DNA from: Camelus dromedarius | Lineage: Eukaryota | Assembly: GCF_036321535.1 (NCBI RefSeq) | Contig: NC_087436.1 | Location: 34,846,001-34,910,000, forward strand | Length of the DNA: 64,000 nucleotides | Direction: 5' to 3' | Shown: positions 11,601 to 24,416 of the stretch, piece after piece | How the letters are laid out: each line of letters starts with the position of its first letter | How positions within the stretch are numbered: the first letter of the stretch is position 1 | Position numbers and translations under genes: made by a program | The notes under the pieces: generated by a model | What the model was told of the DNA's origin: nothing | The model's input: only the letters and a program-made list of their open reading frames with translations | Database searches by the model: none

Positions 11601-12140
11601 TAAATAGCCTAAAATGTACATTGAATTTCACATTGTAAAAGTTTTATTTTATTCCTTGTATTATATTAAGCAAAAATCCCTATGTATATGAAAGTGCATA
11701 ATAAATATATTTGCTTTACAGAGGATATCTTGTTTTAATTTCATCTTTGAGCGAATAGAACATGCATGACATGCTTACACTAAAAACAACTGTTAGTTGT
11801 TTTAAGTTATTAACTTAAGTAAATATTGAGCAAATGATTTTGAAAATATGTTACACAGAAAAAAAATGAGATACAAAGTTTCAAAGGAAGGTAGAAAAAC
11901 AACAAAAAAAATCTACCCTTTGTATCGTCCTAAAGCTTCTGTAAAGACATAATATTCTCCCCACCACCACCAATAACATAACATGTGAAGTTTCATGTCT
12001 TCTGAAATTGCAGTAACCCAGTAAATTGTGTGCATGTGTGCTCCTTGAGCATCAGAATACTATGGCGCATTTGATATTTTGGGATTTTATTGCAAACATG
12101 GCATTCATGTTCTAAATAAATTTCTATGTATTCTTCACTC
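8680..12140 (+). other. ANKRD50: ANKRD50 terminal non-coding exon (3' UTR)
   Basis: Follows the acceptor. AU-rich with no recognisable transposon. Ends near AATAAA 12115-12120, followed by U/GU-rich sequence. The end coordinate is approximate. Confidence 0.72.
12115..12120 (+). terminator. ANKRD50: Probable distal polyadenylation signal of ANKRD50
   Basis: AATAAA followed by T-rich sequence (tttctatgtattcttcac...tgtctttctgttt) and (TG)11. Confidence 0.6.
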
Positions 12141-12198
12141 AGTAAACAAGTCACTTCTTCATGTCTTTCTGTTTCCCCTACCATAACACAGTATCATT

Positions 12199-12220
12199 TG
12201 TGTGTGTGTGTGTGTGTGTG
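12199..12220. repeat. (TG)11 microsatellite
   Basis: Direct reading. Confidence 0.95.
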
Positions 12221-12949
12221 CTCCAAAGAGGTTTCTAAAAAGGCCAGCAAGGCAAGTTCTGTTGGGTGATTTTATGATAATCCCGGGATTCTGTAGTAAT
12301 TACCTACTTGCATTCTTTCTAAATTTGTTGCATTAAAAAATTTTTTTACTCTAAAGTTTTAATAACAAGGTTTAAACACAAATGAGTGATGTACATAGAA
12401 GAATTTTTAAACAGACTGATTGACTAAATAAACTTACATGAAATTTTCTAGTTGGTGGTCCAAGGAAATATGCTGGAGAACTGGCAGCAACTACTGTTTT
12501 CACTCCTTTGCCCTAGCAGTTGGAAGGATTCCAAACAATAATAGTGGAATAGACACCAAAGACTTAGATTCCTGAATTTCTAGGAAAGTTTTATAATGCA
12601 GTATATGCACTAATCTTATCTTTAAGATGCAATCTCTGCTTGCCTGCCTTGCTATTACAGTAAAACTACAGTTACCCAATATTAAAATGGAGTCATTTGA
12701 AATTTACTACATATTTAGATTAATGCTCTTAAATACAAACTGTCATTACCACACTGGCAAAATTTAGCTAAATTCTAAGAACCATATCCTTAAAAGAAAC
12801 ATATTTTTAAAGTTTAGAAAAAGCCCCCTGTGTACTTCTAGCTTTTACTTATTCTTGGTCTACATGTGTGGAAATTGATAGAAAGGTATGTCCCCCAAGA
12901 ACTGACGCTACATTTTTAATGGGTCTGTTAACTCCCATTCTATTTGTAA

Positions 12950-14622
12950 ACTTATGTTGAATTACACATACAGGAAAATACACAAATCCTAAGTTCCTGT
13001 CCTATACATTTTTTAATAAATGAACATACCTGTTTAACCATCACCCTCATCAAGATGCAGGCCTTAATCTTACTCTCAGAAACCTCCATTGTCACTTCCC
13101 AGACATTACCCACAACAAAGAAAACCACTATTCTGACTGTAATCACCATAAATTATATCAACTATTTTCTTAAACTTCATATAAATGGAATGACTGTGTT
13201 CTTTTTCTGCTAGTTTTTTTCCCTTAACATGTTTGTGAAATTCATCCACACTGTGTGTATAACAGTGGTTTGTCCCTTTTCGTTGCTATATTGTATTGTT
13301 TAGTTTTTAAATTGTATAATACTCCATTGTGTAAATCTAGCATACTTTAAAAAATTCATTTGACTACTAATGGGTATTTGGATTGTTTTTATTAAAAATT
13401 CTACAAGGAGTAACATTTTGTGCATATTTTTGGTGTCCATATGTATGTATTTATTTGTAATGATTTGAGTGAAATTACTGGGTCTTAGGATATGTGTATG
13501 ATTAGCTTTCATAGATAATGTCAAACAGTTTTCCCAGGTGACTGTGTCCATTTCTACTCACCCCAGCCATATACAGAAGTCTTGTTTCCCTACATCTTTG
13601 TCAGCACTTGGTATTATTTAATTTTCTTCTTTTTTCTTTTTGGTTATTTTGTTTAGTTGTATAATAGTCTTGCATTGAGATTTGAATTTACATTTCCCAC
13701 ATGACTAAAGGAATTACACTTTTTCATGTAATTTTCATCTATTTGTATAAGCTATCATGTGAAGAAATTTGCCCTTTTTACCCCTTGGGTTTCCTGGTTC
13801 ATAGAAATTCTTTTATATTTTGGATATAAATTCTTTTTATAATATATACAATGTAAATATCTTCTCTGATTCTGTGCTTTGCTTTTCACTCCCATAATGG
13901 CATTTTTTGGTAGAGATTCTTAGTTAATCTATTATTTTTAGTACTTCTGCTTTTTTGTGTCCTGTTGTATATTTGCCTGTCCCAGGTCATGACGATAGTC
14001 TCCTATGTTTCCTTAGAATAGGTTTATTGTATTACCTTGATTAGTTATCAAATTAATCTAGCATTATCTATTTCTCAGTGTAATTTACTATCACTTTGTC
14101 GTAAGTCAGGTATTCTTATATGGGTGGATCTTTTCATCCATTCTTGAGCCAATATCAGACTCACTTAATTACTGTGGCTTTATAATAAGTTTTAACATCT
14201 AGTAGTGTGTGACTCCTTTCACATTTTTCTTCAAGACTGCCTTGGCTCTTCTAAACATTCTGCATTTCCATAGAACTTTTAAAATCAGCTTCTCAATTTT
14301 CATTAAAAAGAATAAACTTGCTGACATTTTGGTTGAGATTGTATTGAATTTGCAGATCAATTTGGCGTTGGGTGAATTGATTTGTTTCTGCATTTAGTCT
14401 TCCAATCAATGTAGCTGTTATATTTGTCATTGGTTTATAGCTTTACTTTCAGTAATGTTTCTTAGTTTACTGTACAGAGGTATGTGCATTTATCAGATAT
14501 ATCCCTAGGTAATTTGTTGTTTATTGATGCTGTTGTAAATGGTATTTTTCTTTTATTTCCTATTTGTTGGTGTATGTAGAAATAGTTTATTTCAGTATAT
14601 TGATCATGTATTCAAAAGTCTT
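12950..14622 (-). mobile_element. Old L1 (L1M-type) 3' UTR and ORF2 portion, antisense
   Basis: L1 reverse-complement text. The minus-strand ORF 14199-14393 (ICKFNTISTKM...LILKVLWKCR...AKAVLKK) is a degenerate piece of L1 ORF2. Confidence 0.8.
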
Positions 14623-14624
14623 GC

Positions 14625-16570
14625 TAATTTTTTCAAGTGAAGTATAACTTACATACAATAAAATTCATCCTTTTAAAGGATGATCTGAACAGTTTTGACA
14701 AGTGTATACAATATAAACATCACCATACTTGAGGTATAGAATATTTCCATCACCTCAAAAAGTGCCTTTGAAAATATAATATTAGTCACGTAGGTGCGAT
14801 TGTGCCTGGCTTATTTCACTTAGCCTAATGGTTTTGAGACTCATCCACACTGCAGCACGTATGAGCAGCACAGGTTTTATTGCTGAGTTGTAGTCGCTAT
14901 TCCACGGTAGGGCTACACCACAATTTGTTTATCCTTTCACAAGTTGGTAGACATTTGAGTTGTTTCCAGTTGTTGGCTATTGTGAATAATGCTTTAATGA
15001 GCATTTGCATTTAGACATTTGTGTCACCATATGACTTCATTTGTCTTGAGTAAATGCCTAGGAGTGGGATTGCTGGGTTGCCAATATAAGTGTACCTTTA
15101 CATGTATAAGAATCCAATGAAACACTTTAAAAGGTGGCTGTGCCATTTTGTATTCTCACCAACAACTAATTAGATTTCTAGGTTCTCCACATTTTCACCC
15201 ACACTTGATATTGTCAGCCTTTTTAATTGAAAGTTGTTTCAATAATTGTAGGTTTATATGCAGCTGTAAGAAATAACAAATATCCTATGAACACTTTTTC
15301 TAATTTCCTCCTATGGCAGCATCTTGCAAAACTATAGAGCAATATCACAGGCAGTATATTATCACTGGTACAATCCACCACCTTACTCCAGTTTACCTAC
15401 TTTCACTTGTACTTGTTAGATTTCCCCAATTTTTCTTGTATTCATTTGTGTGTATGTGTGTGTGCGCGTGCACACACATTTAGTTCTGTTCAATTTTATC
15501 ACACACATAGTTTCCTGTATCCAACACAGCAGTCAAATTACAGAACAGGTCCATGACTACAAGGGTCCCTTATAACTACACTCACCTGCTTCCTATCCAG
15601 CCCCTCTATTCCTAACTCCTGGCAATCGCTAATCTAGTCTCCATTTTCATAATTTTGCTATTTCAAAATTGTTATATAAATAAAATCATAGAGTATGTAA
15701 TCTTTTTGGATTGACTGTTTTCACTCAACAGAATTCCCTTGAGATTCATCCAAGTTGTGTGTATTGGTAGTTGTTCTTCTTTGTATTACTAAGTAATTTT
15801 CCATGGTATGTTCGTACCACAGTTTAACTGTTCCCCCATTCATTGATGGACCTGTGGACTCTTTCCAGTTTTGAGCTGTTATGAATTAAGCTGCTGTCAA
15901 TATCTGTATACAGGTTTGTGTGTGAACGTAAGGTGTCATTTCTCTAGGATAAATGCCAGAACAGCAATTGTTGGGTCACATGGTAATTGCATATTTAAGT
16001 TTATAAGAAACACCAAAACTTCTCCAGACTGACCATATCATTTTACATTTTCATCAGTTACGTATGAGTGCTTCAATATCGTCACATCCTTATGAGCATT
16101 TGATGCTGTCACTTTTTAATTTCAGCTATTCTGATAAATTGTAATAAATGTGTAGTAGTTTGAATTTGAAGTTCCCTAATGACTGATGCTGCCGAACACC
16201 TCTTCATGTGTCCACGTGCCATCTATATATCCTCTTCAGTCAAAGGTTTGTATTGTTTGCCTGTTTTCCAATTGGATTTTTTTGTTTTTTAATGTAGAGT
16301 TTTGAAAGTTTTTTATATAGTCTAGATACTAGTCCTTTGCCAGATACATGGTTTACAAATATTTTCTGACAGGTTGTAGCTTGTCTTAATTTTCGTCATG
16401 TAATCTTTTGCAAAGCAAACGTTTTAAATTTTAATACAGTCCAGTTTATCAAATTTTTATAAAGGATTGTGCTTTTTCTGTCAAATCTGAGAACTATTTT
16501 AGCCCTAGACTGTGAAGATTTTTGCTCTTTTTTCTAAATGCTCATATAGTTTTTTTACATTTTACATTTA
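14625..16570 (-). mobile_element. Two stacked antisense L1 3' portions (second begins about 15222; L1MB/L1MC-like)
   Basis: Two separate poly-T-led L1 3' ends, each followed by the same L1 3' region (ttccagtt..tggctattgtgaataa / ttccagtttttgagctgttatgaatt). Confidence 0.75.
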
Positions 16571-16574
16571 TGTA

Positions 16575-17220
16575 CACTAAAAACTTCAAAACATTGCTGA
16601 GAGAAAAAGTGATATATTGTCTTCATGAATCAGAGGACTCAATAGTCTTAAGTCAATTCTCTCCAAATTACCTATAGATCGTCTATGAAATACCAATCAG
16701 GAGTCCAGCAGACTATTTTTGTGGGTATTAACAAAGTGATTTGAAAATTTACACGGAAATACAAAGAACTTAAGGTATTCAAAACAGCTTTGAAAAAGAA
16801 AAAAATTGGATTTACTACAAAAGTAATTAAGATAGTATGGTATTGACATAAAGATAAAAATGTACATCAATGGAACAGAAAAGAGTCCATGAACAGATCT
16901 ACACATATTCTTTCCACTGACTTTCAACAAAATGCCAAAGTAATTCAACAGTGAAAGAACAGTATTTTTGTCAAATGGGCATTTGTGTCTAAAATAAAGA
17001 AAGAACTTGTACTACACAATAGCAAAGAAAACCTAATTCATCCTAACTGAAAAATGGGCAAAATAATACTTTAATACTTCATTAAAGAGGATATACAGAT
17101 GGCATATAACCTGTGAAAAGAGGCTCAACATTAGTTGGTAAGAGAAAACAATTTGTGGTCACAATGAGATTTAACTATATATCCATGAGAATGGCTAAAA
17201 CTAAAAAAGGCTGACAAAGA
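16575..17220 (+). mobile_element. L1 ORF2 fragment, sense orientation
   Basis: A-rich: acattgctgagagaaa... tacatcaatggaacagaa... aaaaatgggcaaa... gaatggctaaaa. Confidence 0.75.
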
Positions 17221-17359
17221 ACTTTTACTTCCAGCAGGGAGGAACATAGCCAACACCTATATTTTACATATTTTATGGCCGTTTCCACACTAGAAAAATA
17301 CAGTTGGGTAGTGGCCCATTAAGTCAAAATTAGTTATTATGGGAAAAATTTGGATTAGA

Positions 17360-19420
17360 TTATTTGAGATCTTTCTTCTTTCCTAATATAATAATTTAAT
17401 GCTGTGAAGTTTCCTCTAAGCATGGCTTTAACCACATTCTACAAATAGCATATTGGTTTTCATTTGCATTCAGTTAAAAATGTCTTCTAATTATTCTGTG
17501 GTTTCTCTTTTTGACCCAAGTGTATTAAGATATGCATTGTTTGTTTTCTAAATATTTGGGTATACTTTCAGGTTTTTTTCTGGAAAGATATGTTTTGATT
17601 ATTGATTCTTGGTTATTCCATTGGCATTAGAGAACATACTTTGTATGATTTCAATCTTTTTTAATTTGTTGAGGTTTGTTTCATGGATCAGAATATATCA
17701 ATCTTAGTAATATTCCATGTACAATTGAAAAAAATTATACTGTTGTTGGGTGAAGTATTATATATATGCCAATTGTGCCACGTTGGCTAAGTATTGTTCC
17801 ACACTCTTACATTTTCTTATTTACTTTGTTCTATCAATGAGTAAAGAGAAGTAGTAAAAATCTTTTATTGTAACTGTAGATTTACCTTTCTCCTTTCAGA
17901 TCTTTCAGATTTTGTTTATGAATTTACAATCATTGTGCCCCCTTGATGAATTGACCTCTTCATCATTACTCAGTGTACCCCTTTATCCTTGACACAATTC
18001 CTTAGCCTGAAGTCTCTTTTGTCTGATACTAATGCAGCCACTAAAACTTTCTTATGAGTCTTTTTTCCTGTATATCCTTTTCCATCCTTTTCCTTTCAAC
18101 CTGTTTATTTCTTCATATTTGAAGTGAGTTTCTTATACATGGAATGTAGTTGGTCCTTCCTACTTTTTATCCAATTAAAAAACCTGTCTTCCAATTAGAA
18201 TATTTGACCATTTCATTTAATATAGTTGATGTCACTGAGTTTGCCTACCATCTTGCTGTTTGTTTTTGTTTGTCTCATTTGTTCTTTGTTCCTTTATTCT
18301 CTCTTTTCCTCTTTTATTTTGGAGTAATACTTCATAATTCCATGCTATTCCAACTATTGGCTATTGTTTATAGCTCTAAATTTTATTTTTTAATGATTGC
18401 TCTAGGGTCTACTGTATACATCACTAATTTATCACTGTATTCATTCAGATAAGATTACACTTTACATATAGCTTAACAACATTATAATAATATATTTCCA
18501 TTTTCTTTTTCCCACATTTTGTGTTAATGTTATCATATATTTTATATCTTCACATGACATAAACCCCAGAATGTATTATTAATATTTTTGCTCTAGACAC
18601 TCAACTATTTTTAAAGATTTAAAAATAAGAAAACAAACCTTTATATTTAACTATTCTTTACCATTTCTAGCCCTCTTCATTTCTCTGTTTTCAGATCCAG
18701 TTTCCCATCTACTATCGTCTCTCTTCTGATCAAGAAGTCCTTTAAAAATTCTTAGAGCCCGTGTCTTCTGGCAATGATTTCTTTCACCTTTTGCTAGTTT
18801 GAGAAGTTATTATTTTACTTTTATTTAATTTTTGAAGATTATTTTTCTGAGTATATAAATCTGTGGGTATTTTTCTTTCAGGGCTTTAAAGATGTTGCTC
18901 CATTGTCCTCTGACTTCGAAAGTTTCTAGTGAGACCAACACTGTCATTCTTTGTTTGTATTTAATTCCTCCTCTGACCTCACCTACTAATCCCCTTGGCG
19001 ACCTCTGGCTGCTTTCAAGATTTTCTTTTTATGTATTATTTTTAGTGGTTTAACCAGAATGTCTCCAAATGTGTTTTCCCTTCTTGTTTCTCTGCTTGGA
19101 ACTTTCTGAGCTTTTTACATGTATGGTTTGTTTTTCTTCATTACTTTTGGAAAATTCTTGGCTGTCCTATCTTCAAATATTTGTTCTGCCCTCTTGCTCT
19201 CGTCTCCTTTAGAGTCTTCAAATGTATATATATTTGACTATTTGATATCATCTCAGAGTTGGATCCTCTATTCTGTGGAGATTTTTCATTAATTTTTTCC
19301 CTTTTGTTTATAGTTTTGGTAATTTCTATTGAACCATCTTCAAGTTCATTAACTCTTTCTTATGCTCTGTACAGCCTGCTGATAATCCTGCTGAAAGAAT
19401 TTTTTATTTCTAATTATCAT
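17360..19420 (-). mobile_element. Old L1 internal/5' portion (endonuclease-proximal region and upstream), antisense
   Basis: aatgctgtgaagtttcctctaagca..., tttgttgaggtttgtttcatgg..., ttgtctgatactaatgcagccac are typical L1 antisense text. Confidence 0.7.
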
Positions 19421-21019
19421 GGTTTTATTTCTAATTTTCATGGTTTTATTACAGAAGAATCTTTTGGATTTTTATATATTAAAATTATGAAATTTCAACT
19501 CAATTTCAACTTGTAACTTGGCTTGAATGTTTTATATTTTCTACCCATTTAAGTTTCACAATAAAGGTGAGCATTGGTATCATCATCATTTTATCAATCA
19601 GAATAAGAAGTCAAACTCGTACACCCACTCACACAAATCATCAGCATTAGAGGAGATACAAATCATTTTGAAAAACTAGCTGGTTTGTCCCAATGAAATG
19701 GAAAATTCAATTTCCTTTAGGGAAAACTTCTAATATAATACTACTACTTAGCAATGGTGTCAAACTTTTAAGGGATGTATAGTAGAACGGTATGCTATCA
19801 TTACCGAAGAAATTATCATTTTCAAGATATTTTTCTATAGAGTTCCAAGGCTCTTCTGTTAAATTTTTTTCAGAATCTTCTAATTGTGAGGTAGATTGGT
19901 TTCCAACAATAAATGTGTGTTGTCACTAATGTAGCACCTGTTTGTGCTTCTTTGTGATTCTTAGTGGAGACAAGAACCAATGTATCTATGTGTGGTTTTT
20001 ATATCTAACTATAAACCTCTTGTGTCTGAAAAAACGTTTATTGTGAAGGTAGAAGTTAATGAACCATGTGATATTAGGAGATTTGGTGACAATTTAATAA
20101 CTTCATTAGCATATTTTACTAGGTAGATAAAGAAACAACAAACACTCATGTATACATGCAAAAAATTTTTTAACTATAATTAATTCTCACAGGGACAGGC
20201 AATTTATGCATTTCCAAATACCTGCAAAAACTCTGTATACATATTCTAAAAACACTGCAAATTCAGTATATACAAATCTAAAGACATCAATCTCCCCACC
20301 CAACCACCAGTCCTCTTCGTAACGCCTCTGTGAATAAGTAGAGTTTTCCATTCTACCTTAAAGAAACTGAAATTTGACATTGTAGATGATGCTGTATGGG
20401 AGTGGCTTACTCAGGAGAGAGTGGAGTCCTCTCAGGGAGTCCTCAGTATAGGAAAGGCTTTCATCCTTCCTCAAGAAATTAGCCAAGGGATGTACTGTTA
20501 CATACTTTGAGTTATAATAAAATGTTTTGTGACTAAAATTTTTAAATAATTAACCCAAATATTTTTATTAAAAAAACAGATATCCATCCTGTTTGAATCA
20601 ATAAGAGAGCTTCTACTTGATAATTTACTCTCCCAAGTACATAGGTTTAAAACCCCAAAGTAAGGTTATTGCATTTTATTTCTAAATTGTATTAATATGT
20701 CTAAGATTGACTTTTACGTTATACTAGGCTTAGAAATTGCTGTATGTCAGTCTTTTCTGTTGGACAATCATAAGGCACATTATCATATTAAAGTCTCTGA
20801 AAGGTCCTTTAAGAAAAAATAAAATAACTTTGTATAAACTAGTGTTTTTGAAAAAAAATTGAAAAATAAAATTTGGTGATAAGAGTGCCCTGCTCTGCAC
20901 TTAAAAAAAAAAAAGTGCCTGTTAAAACATGGGTTAGGAAATACATCCCAGAGTCACCTTGCTTCTCCTCACCGCTCACACCCAGGCAGTTGTTACCTAT
21001 GGGTTTCATGTTTGACTCC

Positions 21020-21880
21020 ACCTCATGTCTGACATTGTTATTCTCTTCCCTCCTATTTCCACCATCTTTGTTTGGGCCTCATCTGGTCTCCTATAACCCC
21101 TTGGAACCAGTGCTCCTCTCCTCTGTGCTGTGCCTCCTCCAACCCTGCACACTGATGGCCCATACATTCTCTTAAAGGGTGGCTGAGCACCTCACAGACT
21201 CCTCAGCCAGCCTGCAGTCTGTCTCCTCTGCAGTCTGTCCTTCATGTAACCACCAATCATCTTTTCAGAACATCACTCTGATCATGGTATGCTCCTGCCT
21301 CTAAACCTTCAAGAGCTCTCATTACTCAGAATGGCACAGTGAATACACAGTACAAAAAGTCCCTCACAGACTACCTCTCACAAGGTGGGAGGGCATAGCT
21401 CAAGTGGTAGGGTGCATGCTTAGCATGCAGGAGGTTCCTGGGTTCAACCCCCAGTATCTCCTCTAAAAATAAACAAATAAGTAAACCTAATTACGTCCTC
21501 CCACCAAAAGAAAAGAACTCTTTCACATATTTTTCCATTGCTGCTTCTTCCATTTTCTCTATCACTCCACCCTTAATGGACGTGCACCAAACCTTTTGGT
21601 CCCCAGCTCCACAGAAATACTTGCTATTTCTAGAACCATGTTCCTTCACAGCTATAAATTTCTTTGCTTATGTTGATCTTTATCCCCATCTCCCAGCAAG
21701 GAAGCACTTCTTTTTTTATTATTGTCGTGTTTTATTTTGTGCCTTTTATGGTCCTTTTTCTTCATTATGCTAAATATGTCTTCTTTTCTCCCACTGTAAT
21801 GTTCCTTTAGACAGGAGTTGAGTCTTACTCATCTTTGTATCTTTTGGATTGTCTTGTACATAGTAAGTGTTCAATTACTA
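21020..21880 (+). mobile_element. LINE2 relics, interrupted by a SINE
   Basis: tctgatcatggtatgctcctgcctctaaaccttcaa..., gtcttactcatctttgtatc...acatagtaagtgttcaat. Confidence 0.5.
21384..21515 (+). mobile_element. tRNA-derived SINE (camelid vic-1-like)
   Basis: A-box tagctcaagtggtag, B-box ggttcaaccc, body tgcttagcatgcaggagg, AT-rich tail aaataaacaaataagtaaacctaatta. Confidence 0.8.
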
Positions 21881-23199
21881 TCCTTTTAATTGTACTTTCT
21901 TTTTATTCAGAAACAGCTGCATGATAGTGAGAAACACTTTAATTCTGCTATTTTAAGCCACTTGTTAAAACACACTCTTGGCTAACCAAGCTCAAAGAAG
22001 GAGTGAACTCAGTACAAAATAGTATGTATTTTCTTATTCCTGCTTTCCCATCTGTTTGTATTGTACTCACTCAGTTTGTATTGAATATAAAAGAAAAACA
22101 AGCCAATTATTCATTGCTTATTAGTTTGAACATATGTGTTTCACTGCTCAATTGATTTTAGCTGATAACCTGACCTGACCTCTTTGTATTGGAGATAATT
22201 AAGTTGAATTCAGTTGATTCTTTTGGAAGAATTTAATAGCTGTCACTAAAGTCAAGAAAACATCCATTTGGCCTTTAATTATTTAGTAATCATGGAAAAC
22301 CAGCAGTTTTCAGGGATTCAACAGAATAAATTTGGGTTGTCAGCCCCACTCCACATCACCGACACATCACTTCCCTGACTGACCACTCCTTTCTCTGAGA
22401 ATCCACTGGTAAGTTCTGTTGGTGCCATAATAATAGGCATTTTATCTGGCACCTGGTAATAACTCATTTGATGGAAATTTTAACAGAAGCTGAAATGAAA
22501 ATAGAGCAGTGGGGAATATAGCCCATTAAAAATAAAATAAAATTGGTGAAATAAAAGAAGAAGATGCATATCAGGATGGAAAGTAAAAGAAAATGTGGTC
22601 TTAAAACAAAAATAGAGGTTCTAAAACAGAAAGCAAAATGAGGTAACTAACAACATTCAATGAAGACTATGATTTTTGCCTTATTTTGAAGTTCAGGATT
22701 ATATTTCATTTGATTTGTGCAAAAAATACTCTTTCATTAAAGTGAATTAAATTCTGTTCACACATTTATTTTTATTTGTATTTTTCAAGTATTTTAAAAA
22801 TTGTAATCATATTTACTTTATAGTTAAATTCTCATTTAATAAATAATGATTTTTAGTGTCCATTGAACATTGAGAATTTATTTGTCATATTGATACTAAG
22901 TGAAAACTAATAGATTGACCTCACTTAAATAGAAAGAGAACTTTACTTATCTCCTCATTCCCTTTGGATCTAATGCTTTTCATTTCTGTCTTGGACAATG
23001 GTGTGACCAATAGTACAGGGCCAGCAACTTCTCATCAGACGTGTGAGTCATTCATTTAGTCAATAAATATTTCTTGGATACTTAATATCTAACGGTCACC
23101 ATAATAGGAAGTGGTAAACAAGAAAATCAAGTCTTCTTCCCACAAAGGATTTATATTTTAAGTCTCTTTTTAAAGAAAAAGTAGAAATATGATATAGAA

Positions 23200-23325
23200 T
23201 AGAATAAGAGTGTGAACTCTATGGGAGAAGAGACATTTTCTCTTTCATTCACTGCCATATTCCCAGCAGCACTTGGCATAAGGGAGATGCTCAGTTAATA
23301 CTAACTAAATGAATGAATGAATGCT
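23200..23325 (+). mobile_element. LINE2 3' end
   Basis: ttcattcactgccatattcccagcagcacttggcata...aatgaatgaatgaatg. Confidence 0.7.
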
Positions 23326-23529
23326 TTGAAACAGATTTGTAACCAGAAGGGAAATCTGCAAAACCTAGGAATTTAAGGTGTTTTATGTTTTTCCTTTATG
23401 CATCTAGCGGTGGTTTGTTTCTAATTCCCAAACTGTGGGGAAGGATGACCACGCTATATGAAAAGGCCGCCCACAACACACATAAACACAACTTCTGTGC
23501 TAGAACTAGTCTTCCCAGGATGCTGGCTG

Positions 23530-23950
23530 ATTATGTTCAAATCCTTTGGTTGAAGGAACCAGAAATCAACTCAAGTCAAAGGAAATGTACTTGGAGACTA
23601 TCTGAAGCTCCCAAAATTCATAAGAAATGTGAAGAACCTGGCCTGGACATAGACAGAGTTCAAGTTATCTATAGATTTTAGAAAGAGGATGTTCAGAAAT
23701 AGCAGGAAATATTTGTTTAGGGAGCCACTGCTGGGATGAATGAACGCCAGTTGCTTTCATTGTCTTTGTTACTCTGTTTAGGTTCCAGTGAGGTTAGCCT
23801 GGGTCATGCCCCTATCTCTTAAAGAGAAGGCAGACATCTAATTACATTCCTGAAGATAGTATCAAATAGGGAATACAAAATTCTCAAGAAGGAATCATGA
23901 TGTTATTAGGAAGGTGCTAGGAAACCCCAACTAGAAAATGCCAGCTATAC
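23530..23950 (-). mobile_element. Degraded old MaLR (MLT1-type) LTR
   Basis: ctttggttgaaggaaccagaaatcaactcaa resembles the antisense start of old MLT1 LTRs; boundaries approximate. Confidence 0.35.
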
Positions 23951-23970
23951 TGCTTTTGTAAACTGAGGTG

Positions 23971-24416
23971 TATACAAAAAGGCTCTGAGATTTTACTCCA
24001 CTTGCAAGCTCACAAGTCACAAGCCTGTCACAGTCTCATAGATGCCAGCAGAAGACACAAGACTTCTAGAGGATCAGAGACAAAGGACCTTTTATTACTC
24101 AAACCACAGGAGGCAGCTTGAGCTTCATGTTTGCATTGGTTCTCCCTGTCCAATGCACGCTCATGGACAGTGGTTGTGCATCACAGCTAGGGAACTTCAA
24201 GCTTGGGAAACCTTTGTTCTTATAAAGGGGCTGCTAGCAAAGTCGCCCAACTTCCATCTTTATTATCTTGAACAGCAAAATCTGCCCTCTGCACTGGAAG
24301 GAGATATTCTAGCTCCAAGACTGCTACACAAATGTCCTTGAAAAGCTAGTCCATAACAAAAGATGTCACAAGATAGGCAGAAATATGAGAGATCCAAGGA
24401 GAAGTGTCTACCAGCA
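23971..24416 (-). mobile_element. Solo LTR, probably ERVL class (subfamily uncertain)
   Basis: tctgagattttactccacttgcaagct...cagagacaaaggaccttttattactc (antisense polyA signal). Ends ...ccagCA. Candidate 5-bp TSD aggtg (23966-23970) / aggtc (24417-24421). Confidence 0.6.

Noticed and set aside
21384..21460. tRNA-like sequence as a true tRNA gene (also 26030-26104)
   Set aside because: It is followed by a SINE tail and flanked by TSD-like duplications, so it is a SINE head rather than a tRNA.
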